A stretch of 44,934 nucleotides of DNA from Nemertoderma westbladi (Eukaryota; Animalia; Xenacoelomorpha): assembly GCA_032718475.1 (NCBI GenBank), contig JAUCBJ010003425.1, positions 1 to 44,934 on the forward strand. Reading direction: 5' to 3'. How positions within the stretch are numbered: position 1 is the first letter of the stretch; each line of letters starts with the position of its first letter. The notes beneath the pieces are model-generated. The model had not been told where the DNA came from. It saw only the letters and a list, made by a program, of their open reading frames with translations, and did not search any database. Of the stretch, positions 23,750-35,730 are shown in pieces. A program made the position numbers and the translations under genes.

Positions 23750-24878
23750 TGTTCGCGCTTTCAGACCTTTAGCAGTTTAACCTGCCAAATTTAGGTGTCT
23801 TCTAGATTATAAATCGACTTTAGCCTATGACGAGTATTTGATACACTACATTAGACGAAGCCAGCCTATGCGCGACCATTCACCCGCTGGATATACCCGG
23901 GAGACTGGATTCGGAAGCTCTGACCTTATTGCGATGTAGGCCTACTGTATTATTCGATTGATCGTTAATATATAATCTCTGACCAATATTATTCACTTTC
24001 GGGAAATATTAACAGTTCCTTTAGGACGTGGCGCTCTAAGTATGTAAACAGAGTTATGACTTACACTAAACACAACGGGATGGCTATTGATTCACGTATA
24101 AAGCGCATTCTTTAGGAGATGCTTTGTTATCTGTCACAATCATGCACACTACCGCACAATTCTGCACACCGATCTGCCGACCTTCACTAATTTTAGTCAC
24201 ATATAAAGAGAACAGCAACTGACACATGTAGTGCCTATGAAATAGCATTAGATTCACTCCAAAACCAATATAATGTAAGTCGCAATTGCTATATGTAACC
24301 AGTCTCTTACCTTCAGTATATCAAGAAGATTGGGGTTTTATGATTATTTATCGATATTATCCAAATATAACAATATTCCATCAACCGATATAATTAATAA
24401 CCGACAGTAAATAGCAGTAAAATAATGCGGTGTTTGTATGAGATATGACCATATGACAAGTGTGATAACAGTTATACGTTTCTATGATCAAATCCGGTCT
24501 AATGTTTGGCTAAAGTCTGAAACACAGAATAATTCCACAGCCGGTGTTCTAGGCTTAGGGAAAATACACACTGACTGAATTGCGTGAGTTTCTGTATACA
24601 ATCTCCAACACAGAGTGAAAACCGCTCTGATTGGTCGACCGAACAAAGAACGAACAAAGAACAAAGAAAAAGTTACACGTGGACACAGCTGATAGATGTC
24701 GTCATCTGAGTTCCGATGTTTAGAGTATTTGAGCTTATTGCGGAGAAAAATGGCTTTTTATGTCTGCTAAAGCACACATGCAGATATAGCGGGCAAAATC
24801 GCTTGTTATGTCCGCTAAAATACCTACTCGGTATATTGCGGAGAAAAATAGCTTGTTACATCCGCAAAAGCTTTTACA
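23750..24878 (-). repeat. Element B 5' LTR
   Basis: Matches 9868-10996 over 1129 bp. Confidence 0.97.
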
Positions 24879-24883
24879 CTTTT

Positions 24884-25140
24884 CCTTGCTCCCATTGGTC
24901 GATGGCCTACTTCACGCCTCCCACCTCTGTGGGAGTGCTTCCCCCCTGCTGTTGGTTATCTGCCCTCTCGAGGTGGTTTGACCTCTAACCTCCCTTTGTG
25001 TGGCTTTTGGGGTGTGTTATCCCCGTTATTGGGTGTGATACGAGATTGGTTGTCATCAATCTCGTATCTCCAATATTGCTGAAAAAGGCGCCACTTCCCG
25101 ACTCTATGGGGATAGTGAGGCGGAATTGAATCCGCTCACA
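24884..25140 (-). repeat. A1 5' LTR, right segment (U3 side)
   Basis: Homologous to ~36055-36320; ends GAATCCGCTCACA. Confidence 0.9.
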
Positions 25141-26217
25141 ATCACTCCATATTTGAGGATATTGTTGTCGATGTTTGTGAGGATGATTCAGACAAGGAAT
25201 CCGTGGCCTGTACCAATTCGGATCTGGTACTTCCTTATTACAGAAGGAACGTGACGGATTCTCCACCAGGTCCGTATGACGCCGGTAATAAATGTGGTGG
25301 CATGGATATTCTCTTTATAAAACTGTGGAGAATCACCACGGTGATTGAAAACAGCCATATTAATTAAATAATTATTATAGTTTTTTTTATGTTTCCCGAA
25401 GGAATATTATTTATCTCTCATAAAATCTCCCCGATGCAGAATCGCTCTACTTTTGAACAACACCAGTAAAATACCTGAAATATTTATTGAGGGAGAATTA
25501 TTGGGTAATAACTCCAGTACTCAGGCCAATCACAGTTAGTAAGGAATCTTCTTAAACTTTTTTCCCGCTATATATTGTGGACAAAATGTAATACAAAATA
25601 GTTAAAACAGTTATCTACAAAAATACGTAAAGTATTCCGATTTATTCACATTATTTTGCCAAATCTGTAATTACCTCAGGATTTATTAATTATATAATTA
25701 ATTAGTAAACTCCCCATTCCACAATCTCTGCCATATCGTTTGCTGCTATTATTTGCCGTTATGTTTAATTGATATTCTTTAATATCCCAAAAAATTAATT
25801 TACATCCCCCAATTTAAATATCTCGCATCCCTAAAATAATTATATTACTCAAACCGACACCCAAAATATAATTATTTTTTCCCAAGTTTTAATTCACTTT
25901 TAATCAAAAACGATAATTACCGCCCCAAATGATGTTTCTTCCAATATTTTATGGGAACTTTGTTGATTCATCATTAATTAACCGAACAAGTGTTTATCCT
26001 TATAAATGTGTATTAATTTGTATATTGTAGTTAGTAATCGACACTGACTGTAGTAACCTGACACTGTTGACACAGTAAGCTGCTCATTTTATAAATTTTT
26101 ATTGATATTGTTTAATATTTTTGTTAGAAAGTACAACCTACAGTATATAAACTGCTCCTTTCCCTCAATTGGTCATTTCTAAATGATTTTTCTCGATGTG
26201 AATTTAATTTGTAGAAA

Positions 26218-26385
26218 TATGTATTTATTTTGGGGGAGTATATATTTATTTTGGGGGAATATATATTTATTTTGGGGGAATATATATTTATTTTGGGGGA
26301 ATATATATTTATTTTGGGGGAATATATATTTATTTTGGGGGAATATATATTTATTTTGGGGGAGTATATATTTATTTTGGGGGGA
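26218..26385. repeat. 21-bp tandem repeat, ~8 copies
   Basis: ATATATTTATTTTGGGGGAAT unit; only ~2 units at the paralogous site ~4608-4648. Confidence 0.95.
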
Positions 26386-27035
26386 ATGAATATGGTCATT
26401 TTATATGTTCATATCTTTTGTTTGCGTGAACGAAATTCGACAATTTCGGGCTTATTTTGTAGCTCTTGATAAACCCCACAACGAAATAAATCACATTTGA
26501 TAAAAATATACTGTTTGTTCCACGCCAAGCCTAAAATCAGTCGACTTTGGAAAAACTCACATCAACATCGCCCTAGATCTAAAAAATTGATATCCAAAGT
26601 CTAAAATTCACTTCTAGTTCAGAATCCGTTCTATTCGGAGTTATAAACAACGACTTATACTTTAGAACTTTACATAGAAACAGTCTCCTCTACCGAGTTT
26701 TTCAAGCTCTAAAAAATGTTTAAAATCTTTTGGAGGTAATTTATAAAATGTAGTTTCAGTGCTCCCACCAAATGCGTTTTTTAATTCTTTGCGCTATTTC
26801 TAAAATTTCGCGGGATTTGACTATTATTTAGCAAAAACTCTGAAAATTGTGTTATTTCAACATTTTCCACTCAATATAATGAAATTTATAAATCTTGTAA
26901 GTTGTAACTTCAATTATAATGGAGGCGAAATAAATAACTTGTATAAGTTGCGCCTGTTCCTTCTGAAGGAAACTTTTTAGTTTGAAAATTTACTTTGAGA
27001 ATCGACCTTGGATTTGGGCAACCAACCAACCACCA

Positions 27036-27067
<32 letters not shown>

Positions 27068-27124
27068 TAGAAAAGCAGGATTAATTTATTAAAAGACATG
27101 ATTAATTGAATATGGCGAGAATAA

Positions 27125-27709
27125 TAGAAAAAACAATGGTGTAAGGACTTTCAGCCACAAAAAGGTGTTATATAGTGTATTGCAGACTCATTCACATTTA
27201 CATTCTACAGCAACGAATGAATGTTGGCTTCCTGCTATTGCCAACTCAATTCCCAATTAAGGCCTAACCCCCCCCCCCCTTTTTTTGTTTTTGAATTAGT
27301 CTTGGAATATAATTTTTACTTCTTTTATATTTCGTAATTTTTCAACTAAAATTTAAATTCCTGTTTAACCCCAATTTTGTCGTACAGTATATTACAGTAT
27401 TACTTATACAGTGTTACTGTATAATGTAAAATACTGTATATTTAATATATCCAATCGTCTAATCTTTGTTGTATTCTGTAAATTACTGGGCGAATATCGA
27501 TATATATTTTTGTCAAATTGCATATTCAGTATATTGATGTAGAATGTAAAGTAAATTCGATATGTCATGTCGTCCACTCTATGTACCGGTAGTGTACGTA
27601 CAACATTAACAGTACTGCATTGATAAAGATAAATATTGTTTATTGAAACGTCTGCAATACACTATAACACCTTTTGGTGCTGAAAGTCCTTACACCATTG
27701 TTTTTTCTA
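27125..27709. mobile_element. Non-autonomous DNA transposon (MITE) with ~60-bp TIRs
   Basis: TAGAAAAAACAATGGTGTAAGGACTTTCAGC...GTATTGCAGAC (27125-27187) is inverted at 27650-27709. Absent from block X. Confidence 0.9.
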
Positions 27710-29189
27710 GAATTAATTTAATTAGACATTTAAAAATATTAAAATTTCAATAGGCTACAGATATCGAGTCGATGCACAATATTCACTACCCCCCCCCCCC
27801 CCCCCCCCCCCCACCTCCCTCCACGTGTTCCAATGCATTTGCTGAGTAATGAAATATCCGTCGTTTTTTTTTGTCACTATACCTTGAACATTTTATTTAT
27901 TTTATTGAGTTCAATTTTGAAATAAATTGGTTCAAATTATTTTTACATCCAGTGCCATTGAGCAATTTTGGCTGAAATTGAGCTGGGGCCATTTTATACA
28001 CAAGAAGGCCCAAAAAGGAATTTTCGCTCTAAAAGGCCACCAAAGCATTTTTAACCAAAATTATCTGACAGCCTTAGATCCTCTCAGTTCCAAATTTCAA
28101 CTGATTTCAGGCAGAATTGTCGAGAAATAGAAATAGATTCTGAGGTAAATGGTTTTAGAGTTGAACTTCAAATACAGATAATAGCATCTTTTTTTGTTCG
28201 ACAATAACTTTGTCAAAATTGAATATATTTTCACAATATTTTTTATCATTCCTAAGATATATATACCCAATAAAACAACCTTTTAGCAACTTTATTCATA
28301 TCTTTACCTTGGGTGCCTTTCTGATGAAATTAATAGCCTTATACAATTGGAAAAATGCTTGTAAGATTTGAAATCTCCATTGAATTTAGCACAGGAATTA
28401 ATCTGTCGATACCGATCAATTATCAAAAAATTCCAACCCCAGAGCATCTGTGAATTCAGGCATACCAAATCTACAAAACTTATTAAAACTGTAACTTCAA
28501 TTCGTTAATGAACATTATGATACGCGATCGTTGTCGGCTACTGCGATGTGTGTCTCAATGTCAGTTTTTGCGGACATTATTAATGGGAACGCATTCCAGA
28601 TAGACTGTTTAAAGGTTTTAAATTACCTCCAAGGCCCTCAAACAGCGCTCTGAATGTGAAAAAGGCTGTAAAAATGCGTCCATATACCTCAAACACTTCT
28701 AAAACGTTCTGTAAAATCAAAATCACTACAAAAAGTACTCCAATTGGATTCGGCTTATATTTTATTTATAAATCAATTGTTGTACTGTACTGTATATAGT
28801 ATATAGGCCTACCCAATTTTATTTGGTTCTAGACTCTCACACTAGAATGTAGACACTGAATTACTGCAGTAAGCAACTGTGAAACATAACTTGACTTTTG
28901 AGGTTTTGTAGACTTTGAGCCAATTAGAATTAGCATACTACAGTAATCGATAGTATATCCTAAGTCTACATAAAAACGCAGACTTTGGAATTTGATATCA
29001 CGTTATACTGTACTTGAAAATTTGTAGATTTTGAGCGCAAATTTTAGTTTTAGCTCAATAACTTTCCACAACCTGAATTACACAACTTGAATTTTATTAT
29101 CAGTTTCATTTTCACGGGGAGTTTAACTTCATACCGAATACAGAAAGAAAACCACTCTTGGTGGAAGAAGCCGGGGCAGCAGAACAATT

Positions 29190-29900
29190 CCATCGTGTTT
29201 AGGGTTAAAGAAATCTCCGATTCATAGTAAAGGAGCAGAGGAGTGTTTACCAAGGTCGACTTCCTCATGACGGAGAGAGGAAACCAGGTAAACCTAAACC
29301 TGGGAAGTCTGATGGTTACAGCTGGGAGTTGGATGATGAGGGTAAATTCTTTTATATCAGTGGGAGATGGGAGTTCAACTCGAATTGGATGCGCCAGGTG
29401 GAACCCACAAACGGTTTGTTCCTCTTCCCATTTGGCGCAGTTTACCACTAAACTACGACAAATGGGAAGAGGATCTAACAATTTGTGGGTTCCAGTTGGG
29501 AGAGGATATATATCATCGGGTCTGTAAACCAGTTGCAGCCGGTACGGAACTCCTTGCTTGGTACGGAATGGGATACGCGGAGGAATTGGGATTAATTTTC
29601 AAACAACCGAAGAATAAGAAATTGGGGATGAAAGTTTTGGAAGACGGGCTGATTCTGTGTACCGGGTGTGGCAGTTACCGGTCTGATAATCAGGAGGCAA
29701 TTCTTAAAAACCAGGGTAGTCGAGGTGGATGTGCTGAGAGAAATAGATTAGATTTATCTTACGATAAGAGTTTATATACGTAAATTCCCGTGCGAACATT
29801 GTGACGCCGTCTACACTGTGGAATCTTTCCTAGTTTCCCATTTAAAATGGAAACACATTGAACCCGTAGCTATACACCAACCAACAGGTTCGGGTTCTAC
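29190..29900 (+). pseudogene. PRDM7/9-like PR/SET domain plus C2H2 zinc finger, intronless, disrupted
   Basis: GYSWELD..FYISG..SNWMR, then KWEED..CGFQLGEDIYHRVCKPVAAGTELLAWYGMGYAEELGL, then FPCEHCDAVYTVESFLVSHLKWKH; frameshifts and stops between them. Confidence 0.85.
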
Positions 29901-30789
29901 CGTTCCTACTGGTCCCAAGAAACGATCCAATGCAGCTAAACAGATAGTTTGGGATGAGGTTCTAGTGGTAAAGTATTTGCAAATAAACGAAGTCAAAATT
30001 AGTTTATTGAGTTCTTTGTTGGTTAAATAAATTAAAAAATATGTTATCTTTAATTATTTTTGCTAGAAATTTCTACTGTTTGTATACAGTACCACCGATA
30101 TTTGTGAATCGCTTCCAGTTGTATTTTTATGTAAAGTTATTTCTTATGTTAAATAAGCCGTTTTAAGTCACTTCATTTTTAAAGTTATAATTTGTGCCCG
30201 CTTAATTATACAGAGGCAATACTTTAGGGGTGGGGTAGTACACTACTGTATTTTGGTTCAAAATATTACGAAATTGATTGAAATTTACGACAAACATAAA
30301 AACATAAATTTACGGCACCACCTAGCGGCGTAGAATCATTTTCCAAATTTGTCTGATAGATTTGTTGCCACAACTTTGTGCTCTATAAATAAAAACTATC
30401 ACGTTATTAAAGTTAAAACTGTGAAAGCCTTAGGGCTTTAAACGCAACCACGTATTTTTCTATGTAATCTAGTTAACTGATATTATAAATAGTGTAAAAT
30501 ATTCTAGTAAAAACCCCTATAAATAATATCTTACGTACCGTCGTACCTAACGAAAATTTAAGCCAAAACCTCCCACTTTTGAAACGCACGGAGTGGCCCC
30601 CTTCATTGATCTTATGTTATAATATTTTTGTCCGTTGTAACAAACTGACAACTCATAACATCGCTGCGTGTGTATTATTTAAATTGACGCTTATTTTTAA
30701 ATTTTTAATATTTAACCTGGTTTTTAGCTATCCGGTTATCGTCATGGCAAGATGTATTTAATATTGTTTTCACTTCATATTGACTTACT

Positions 30790-31042
30790 GCACTACATGA
30801 ACTTTTTCCTTGGGGACCCTCATGGAAACGAGTTGAGCAACTCATGAGGCAGGCTATCCCCAGTCCCAGCACAATAATTTTATTATGATTTTAACTTTTT
30901 TATGTACATAATTTTTTATAAAGGTTTAAGTTTTAACTATATACTGTACTGTACTTGTATTTATTGCAATATTACCGGTATGTCTGTATAATTTACACTG
31001 TCGAGTCGACAATTATTATCGTGCAATAAATTCTCTAAATCT
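30790..31042 (+). mobile_element. Probable 3' UTR/tail of an L2/CR1-type LINE
   Basis: Stem-loop-like GGGGACCCTCATGGAAACGAG...CATGAGG...CCCC, then AT-rich sequence, AATAAA and a short simple tail. Confidence 0.4.
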
Positions 31043-32378
31043 CAGCAACTTCTTTATCCGACACCACTACTCCAGAATGGAGTTGGTCTCTAATTCTCAA
31101 TAGCATCAGTAATAAATTTCCAAAATTAATCAGCCTAATTTGAATGCACAGGTCTGCTGTGTTTTTCATTTGCTACGATCTCACATCCAATTTAGCTATC
31201 ATATTTTACAGTACAGTAAGCAGCTTTAGCAATATTAATTGTGGAGTTATACATCACTGTGTGTGTAATGAGCTCACAGAGACCCCCAGCAGGGTGGAAT
31301 CAACCCGAAGCGAATTAATCTAATGTAAAGATGCCTCTCTCCTACCTCACATAACTAGCATGAAGAATATTTATTGTTTAATAAGGAATTTAACGTATTC
31401 ACTGCACAGATGCAAGAAATTGAGATCAATACTAGAACTCACAATGAGTAAGTAGGCTTAGGCTTACTGGTAAACCATCATCTACCTACTGTACATAAAT
31501 CAATCTGCATATACAGCAATTCCGCATATACAAGATAACTGTACTACAGTACTATGTCCTACTGCATAACCAAATAATTACATAATAATTTATTACACCG
31601 TAAATAATGTAGAATATTATTGTAATAATGCTTGATTCTCATCTCGATTAGTTATCAATCGCAAAATAAATATGATGTACGTTATACAGTACAATATACA
31701 GTATGTAGGCCTACTGTAGTGTTAGTTTAAATGGAACGTTATTTTCGCGACGTTATTATTATTTTAGTAACAATTAGTAAAAAGAAAGAAAAATATTCAA
31801 AAGTAATAGGTATGGGTAAACAGGAATTTACATTTTCAAGATATACAGTATCAATTGAATTAGATAAATACAAAAATATATAACTACTGTAATTTTATAT
31901 TGTATTTCTTTATTTATTTTTATTATTGAAGAAAGGGCGGTGGGCGGGGACTCTACCTCTCCAGGGGAAAATCCTCACAACTAACCACTGAGATTCATCT
32001 TAAAAATTAAAATGTAACAGCCTGTTCTATTGACTCGTTTATTGCTTTGGTTAGAATAACGTTCCTCTGTAACCTGCTCCTCTCTCTTAATTGATAATAA
32101 TTTAACATTAAGACGAGATATCAATTCGGAAGACATGCGTTAAGTTTTCTAGCTGTCTCTAATAACTTTACTCTGTATTCTTATTTCATGGTTAGAGGTT
32201 TCAGGCTCTGCGTTATATCATTGGTTATGTGTTATTTTACACCTAATATTTGTTATAAAACCATATAGTTTTTTCATTAAATCATAACTTTTAGAACAAC
32301 TACATCTATAATTAAAGTTTTTATATTATGGTCCGAGCGAGCATGCTCTAAAAACATAAAATAAATTAAATTTCAACA

Positions 32379-32853
32379 CAAACTGTGCTGTAACAAAACG
32401 CGCTGTAACAAAACGCGCTGTAACAAACTGTGCTGTAACAAACTGTGCTGTAACAAACTGTGCTGTAACAAACTGTGCTGTAACAAAACGCGCTGTAACA
32501 AACTGTGCTGTAACAAACTGTGCTGTAACAAACTGTGCTGTAACAAACTGCGCTGTAACAAACTGTGCTGTAACAAACTGTGCTGTAACAAACTGTGCTG
32601 TAACAAACTGTGCTGTAACAAAACGCGCTGTAACAAACTGTGCTGTAACAAACTGTGCTGTAACAAAACGCGCTGTAACAAACTGTGCTGTAACAAAACG
32701 CGCTGTAACAAACTGTGCTGTAACAAACTGTGCTGTAACAAAACGCGCTGTAACAAACTGTGCTGTAACAAACTGTGCTGTAACAAAACGCGCTGTAACA
32801 AACTGTGCTGTAACAAAACGCGCTGTAACAAACTGTGCTGTAACAAAACGCGC
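32379..32853. repeat. 15-bp minisatellite, ~32 units, two main variants
   Basis: AAACTGTGCTGTAAC and AAAACGCGCTGTAAC units. Confidence 0.98.
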
Positions 32854-33223
32854 CATCCATTCCATTCGAGCCATCTTAGTTTTCCCAGTGTGCTATTTTT
32901 TGGTGCTGATTTTAATTACTGTTGTTCGCCTACTCTATGTTCTCTCGCCTATGTTCGGGGGTGTATTCTCGTGTGTGCTACTATGATCTTGTGTGGTCAC
33001 TTGTGTTCTGTAAAAAGTTATATCCAGTTTCCATATGCCATGGCAACCCGTCAGAATTGTTGACAAAGTGTTGGTCATTTCACTTATCTATTTTCACTAT
33101 TATACAGTATAAGAGCGCATTTGGAAAGATAAGTGAGGTTGACATGTTACGTATATTTAACAGATATTACATTAGTCATCACGTAAGCCCTATAACATTC
33201 TTAATTAAATGAAATTACACGTT

Positions 33224-34633
33224 CGTGGGGCCTTCGCGCAGCACGAGGGCCAGTTATGAGATACAAATTAAAATTGTGCGACTGTATCACAAAATCAGGT
33301 TATGAGAGATTAACCCACACCACCAATTAATCAAAGAAAGGGGGACAGTACGTGTTCACCCCCTTTAATCTGCACCCCCCCCCCCCTCCCCCCACCCACC
33401 AATACATAACCGCGACATCTACCACCCACGGAAGGGTAGCACGAACTTATTTCCAAACGCACGTTCAATATGCAAAGCCAGGTGGTTTATAGGAATATAA
33501 TCAATGCAGTACTCGTCTTCATTATAAGCCTCTTTGCGTTCGATCTGTTTTGAATTAAAATATATTTATTAAACGCAGGCTGACCCTCTTTATAATAATA
33601 ATACCTAGGGATGCCAGCTTCCAGACTTTCAATCTTTACTGCTGCGCAAACCCCGCAGAGGAAGTTTTGGTTTGAGAGATCAAGCCCATCGGCAATTGGT
33701 GTTTCAATTTCGGTACAGGAACTCTGACAATGGGAGCATTCAATCTTAGCTGTGGTCCATTCCCGTGGTTTCGGCTTCCTTTTCTTCGTCCCAATGACAG
33801 ATTCTTCTGAAGACGTTTGATTCGCTTTCAGTTTATTGTTGGCGTTTGTGTTTTGAAGTTGTATTCGAGTGGACAGTCGCGCCGGTTTCGAGGTAACCAT
33901 ACCGACCTGTGATAAGCGTTGGTTTTGTTGAGTGCCGGTATTCATTCATCTTCTCTCACCTCTTCAATGTCAGATGTTGCAAATACTGATAACACGAATA
34001 ACGGTATATATTTCAATACTTGTCAATAGTAATAGATATAATTTAGATAACTATTTTATATCTGTACTGTTGAGCAAACTCTACATAAATTCCAACCTGT
34101 GTATCGCCGGTAGTGCTGTTGCTGTGCAAGTGCTGAAGTGCTAGTTGCCACCGGTCAGCCGGTACCGGTAGTAGGGTGGTACCTACGGTGCGCACTACAA
34201 CGGCAGTACAGCAATACGGTGTACCGTGCCAATGACTGAATGATTAGCGGTAACTATCTAAACTATTATATTATTATTACCGGTGCCTGTACTGGGCTAA
34301 TTAGGCCTAAACTATAATCACCGCAATGGTTGCCGGGGCCATGTTTAATTAGATTACATGATATGGCATGTCTGCAGTGTATGGTACCGGCTGACCAGTA
34401 TTGCAGTATTGGCTGATTGCAGGATTCTCGATTCAGGGATTGAGTACAGCCTGACAGTACCGGTACACATGGTACATGCAGATTGGCAGACAGCCCTAAT
34501 TTATTGCAAAATTTGTCAGAAACCCAGCTGATTTATCCTACAGTAATAATAATTTAACGCATTTTAAATTTGGATAAATAAATTTATTATAACTGCAATA
34601 ACAGTTACACTGATGCTGCACGAAGGCCCCACG
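33224..34633. mobile_element. Candidate TIR element, 1.4 kb
   Basis: CGTGGGGCCTTCG(C/T)GCAGCA at 33224-33243 is inverted at 34614-34633 (19/20 match); no clear TSD. Confidence 0.5.
33610..33945 (-). pseudogene. PHD-like finger fragment, possibly LINE ORF1 N-terminus
   Basis: Basic patch KKRKPKPR, then IECSHC..CTEI...FLCGVCAAVKIESLE; the reading then degenerates. Confidence 0.5.
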
Positions 34634-35730
34634 CAAATTCTACTTGGAAAATTTTCAAACTTTTGCCAAACAACATGTGTACCGAGTTTGGATAGATTTC
34701 ATCAAGGATTGGCAGAGTTATTAACGTTTAAAATAAAATACTGAAAAAAAAAACGCGACAGAACGACAGGTTGATTAATGGTACCCCTACGCTAAGGCTC
34801 ACTCACTTCGTGGCTCGCCCCACACTGTGTTAGCAATCGCAATTCCGACTGTAATCTTTGCTTAACACTGTTAGGCCTACAAGAACAAGAGCAAAATAGG
34901 GGGTTCCATGTGTAAACATCAAATGTTCTTCCATTTCTTTGCTTTTATTCCGTTGAAGAAGACACTTGGGAAATATGTACTAGACCATCAGGTGTATATT
35001 TCAAGGGGTTCTAATCCGTCTGCAGTTCTCAAGTCTACCGCTAGAGGGTGAAATGTCTAATAGTGAAATCCTTCTTTCATTAAGTTATTTATAATCCCTT
35101 CAATTTGAAACTTGTAAGATAAATGTTAACACAACCCGCGTCTTTGTGGGGACGATAATCAATTTGCAGTTCTCCAGTCTGCCGTTAGAGGGCGAGATAT
35201 CTGAAAATGATTAGCTTCCCAATTTCGTTGATCTTAATTCGTTTATGTATTTGACCCGGTGGGGGGGGGGGGGGGGGGGGGGGGGAGGGGGGGGGGGTGA
35301 GGGGGGGGGGCTGGTCATTTTAGAAATTTATTTGTAAATCATCCGTATCTTTGTGTCGGTTTTGTTGTGAAAACTAAAATTTCGTGACATTTTCTAAAAT
35401 TTGATGGGCTATTCAACATCGAAACGCCATTCACATGGCTTTTATGTTACTGTACTTTTCGTGTTGATGATGGGTCCCTTTCTGGCACCCATCTCCAGTA
35501 TTTTTTAAGGCTCACTAAAAATTAATTTATTTGCAGTATTTAGCGGTTTTGTTTGGATGCTGATCACAATTATAAAACTCAAATATAACATTCGAGAAAA
35601 ATTTTGGTAATTTTGAATGTGCCCCCTGGGACACGAATAAAACAATTTGTGCAAATATGATACCACTTTTCATATTCTGGCAGACTTGCTAAGAAGTTTC
35701 CTAAGGTGGTTCTGATTGTGTGCTATTATC

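Larger units (their letters stand above)
9868..24878 (-). mobile_element. BEL/Pao LTR retrotransposon B, 15,011 bp, disabled
   Basis: Two 1129-bp TGT...ACA LTRs, 5-bp TSD CTTTT (9863-9867, 24879-24883), gag-PR-RT-RH-IN order, purine tract GGGAGCGG next to the 3' LTR. Confidence 0.97.
7529..25140 (-). mobile_element. 3'-truncated BEL/Pao-family LTR element A1 (relative of A2); its 5' LTR is interrupted by element B
   Basis: 7529-9539 is collinear with ~41107-42981 of A2. LTR halves 9540-9867 and 24884-25140 rejoin to ~585 bp, TGTGACGGGATC...ATCCGCTCACA. Confidence 0.9.
25141..29114 (+). repeat. Duplicated block X' (paralog of 3517-7382)
   Basis: Begins ATCACTCCATATTTGAGG exactly at the A1 LTR end. 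Confidence 0.95.

Noticed and set aside
32326-32874. Repeat-protein genes (also 26124-26469 and 5139-5486)
   Set aside because: Open frames are by-products of stop-free tandem units with lengths divisible by three.
34635-34825. Helentron/DINE-like 3' end
   Set aside because: Suggestive motifs (GTGTACCGAGTTTGG, GCTCACTCACTTCGTGGCTCGCC), but boundaries cannot be defined from this window.
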